Shown here in pieces: positions 57,561 through 58,296 of a DNA stretch of 58,296 nt. The translations under genes and the position numbers were made by a program. Source of the DNA: Eubacteriales bacterium (lineage in GTDB: Bacteria > Bacillota > Clostridia > Oscillospirales > CAG-272); contig JAZLDE010000147.1 of assembly GCA_045614625.1 (NCBI GenBank), positions 1 through 58,296 of the forward strand. Reading direction: 5' to 3'. The notes below the pieces were generated by a model, which was given only the letters and a program-made list of their open reading frames with translations, had not been told where the DNA came from and made no database searches. Every line of letters begins with the position of its first letter. The first letter of the stretch is position 1.

Positions 57561-58296
57561 ATGAGTAGCTTTGAAAACCTTCGCATCGTGGATAACTTCT
57601 ATCAGACCTCGCTGTATTTCCCGATGCCCACCGTCATCATCAGCACGCTGTGCGAGGACGGAACGACCAACCTTGGCCCCTATTCGCTGGTACAGCCCTA
57701 CTACGTGGCAGGTAAGGATTACTACGCCATGCTGCTGTGCTGCCGTAATTCCTCTAACACGGCTCAGAACATTCTGAGAAACGGTAAGTGCACCCTTAAT
57801 TTTATCGATGACAAGCCCTCGACCTTCCACGAGGCTGTTAAGCTGTCCTGGCCCGGTGACAAGCCCGAAGACAAAATGCCCAAGTGCAACTTCAAGCTGG
57901 AAAAGAGCCTTTTGGAAGAAGAAACGGGCGAGGCTCGTCCCATGGTGCTGACCGATGCCATTGAGGCTATTGAGTGTACCTGGATGCGCGAGCTGGACGG
58001 TGCGGACAAGGACCTCGCCGGCGAGCTGAACGGCTACGAGGGCCCCTATCACGATTTCAACGGTATTACGAGCAAATTCGGCGCTCACTTCATCCTTCGC
58101 GTGGACAAGATCCTGATGAAGAAGAAGTATGCCGACGCGATCATTAACGGCGTGCGAGCCAAGGATTTCCCCGCGCTGCCCGTGGACTACGGCTACCGTG
58201 ACAGCAAGAATTTCTGGTTCCACCGCAAGAGAAGAATGCGTGCAGAATTGCTGCCCATTCGCAAGCAGAGTTTGGAGTCCGTCCGTTACGCTGCCG
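57561..58296 (+). CDS. 3'-open ORF (runs off the window), flavin-reductase-like / split-barrel protein (tentative)
   Basis: Hand translation from the ATG at 57561 (AAAGGAG RBS) gives 245 codons without a stop: MSSFENLRIVDNFYQTSLYFPMPTVIISTLCEDGTTNLGPYS... It is absent from the supplied track, which only lists its antisense shadow. Confidence 0.5.
   Translation, partial: MSSFENLRIVDNFYQTSLYFPMPTVIISTLCEDGTTNLGPYSLVQPYYVAGKDYYAMLLCCRNSSNTAQNILRNGKCTLNFIDDKPSTFHEAVKLSWPGDKPEDKMPKCNFKLEKSLLEEETGEARPMVLTDAIEAIECTWMRELDGADKDLAGELNGYEGPYHDFNGITSKFGAHFILRVDKILMKKKYADAIINGVRAKDFPALPVDYGYRDSKNFWFHRKRRMRAELLPIRKQSLESVRYAA

Noticed and set aside
57519-58223. 234-aa ORF on the minus strand
   Set aside because: The plus strand carries an RBS-preceded ATG at 57561 and an uninterrupted frame to the window end with protein-like composition. 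The minus ORF is its shadow.

Overview
This looks like a chromosomal segment from an endospore-forming Clostridia genome, judged from a cotJABC operon, a Firmicutes-type glgBCDAP glycogen operon, a T-box-controlled trpS, and mid-to-high G+C by eye. Most of the window is housekeeping. In order it holds feoB (5'-truncated) with its Cys-rich partner, an M23 peptidase, a U32 peptidase and zapA. Next comes a minus-strand glycogen operon (glgB-glgC-glgD-glgA-glgP-GH13 amylase-FolC-like gene). This is followed by an ABC/ABC-2/GldG-like transporter, a DUF1343 (NamZ-like) gene, T-box-trpS, a WecA/TagO-type transferase, serC-serA, PBP1A, rpsT, rpoB-rpoC, cotJABC, a DUF308 protein, an alpha/beta hydrolase, a TetR regulator and a 3'-open flavin-reductase-like ORF that the ORF track misses. 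I saw no rRNA, tRNA, CRISPR array, transposase or integrase. The interesting part is 27.9-43.1 kb. Two visibly AT-richer cassettes flank PBP1A and a TspO-like gene, and both are driven by near-identical copies of a 46-nt consensus promoter/operator block. Cassette A (28.6-32.1 kb) encodes a polytopic membrane protein translationally coupled to a Zn-ribbon/TPR/TIR/2TM protein, and it is bracketed by duplicated terminator hairpins. Cassette B (35.2-38.1 kb) encodes an XRE regulator, a protein with three N-terminal Zn-ribbons, an SPFH (Band_7_1/YdjI-like) domain and three C-terminal Zn-ribbons, and a membrane protein. I propose these as one co-regulated, possibly undescribed membrane-associated TIR/SPFH stress or antiphage system. 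Directly downstream lie a 1130-aa ECF sigma factor fused to a large internally duplicated extension, and a BspA-type LRR lipoprotein. Several very long ORFs in the track are antisense shadows of real genes and are rejected.
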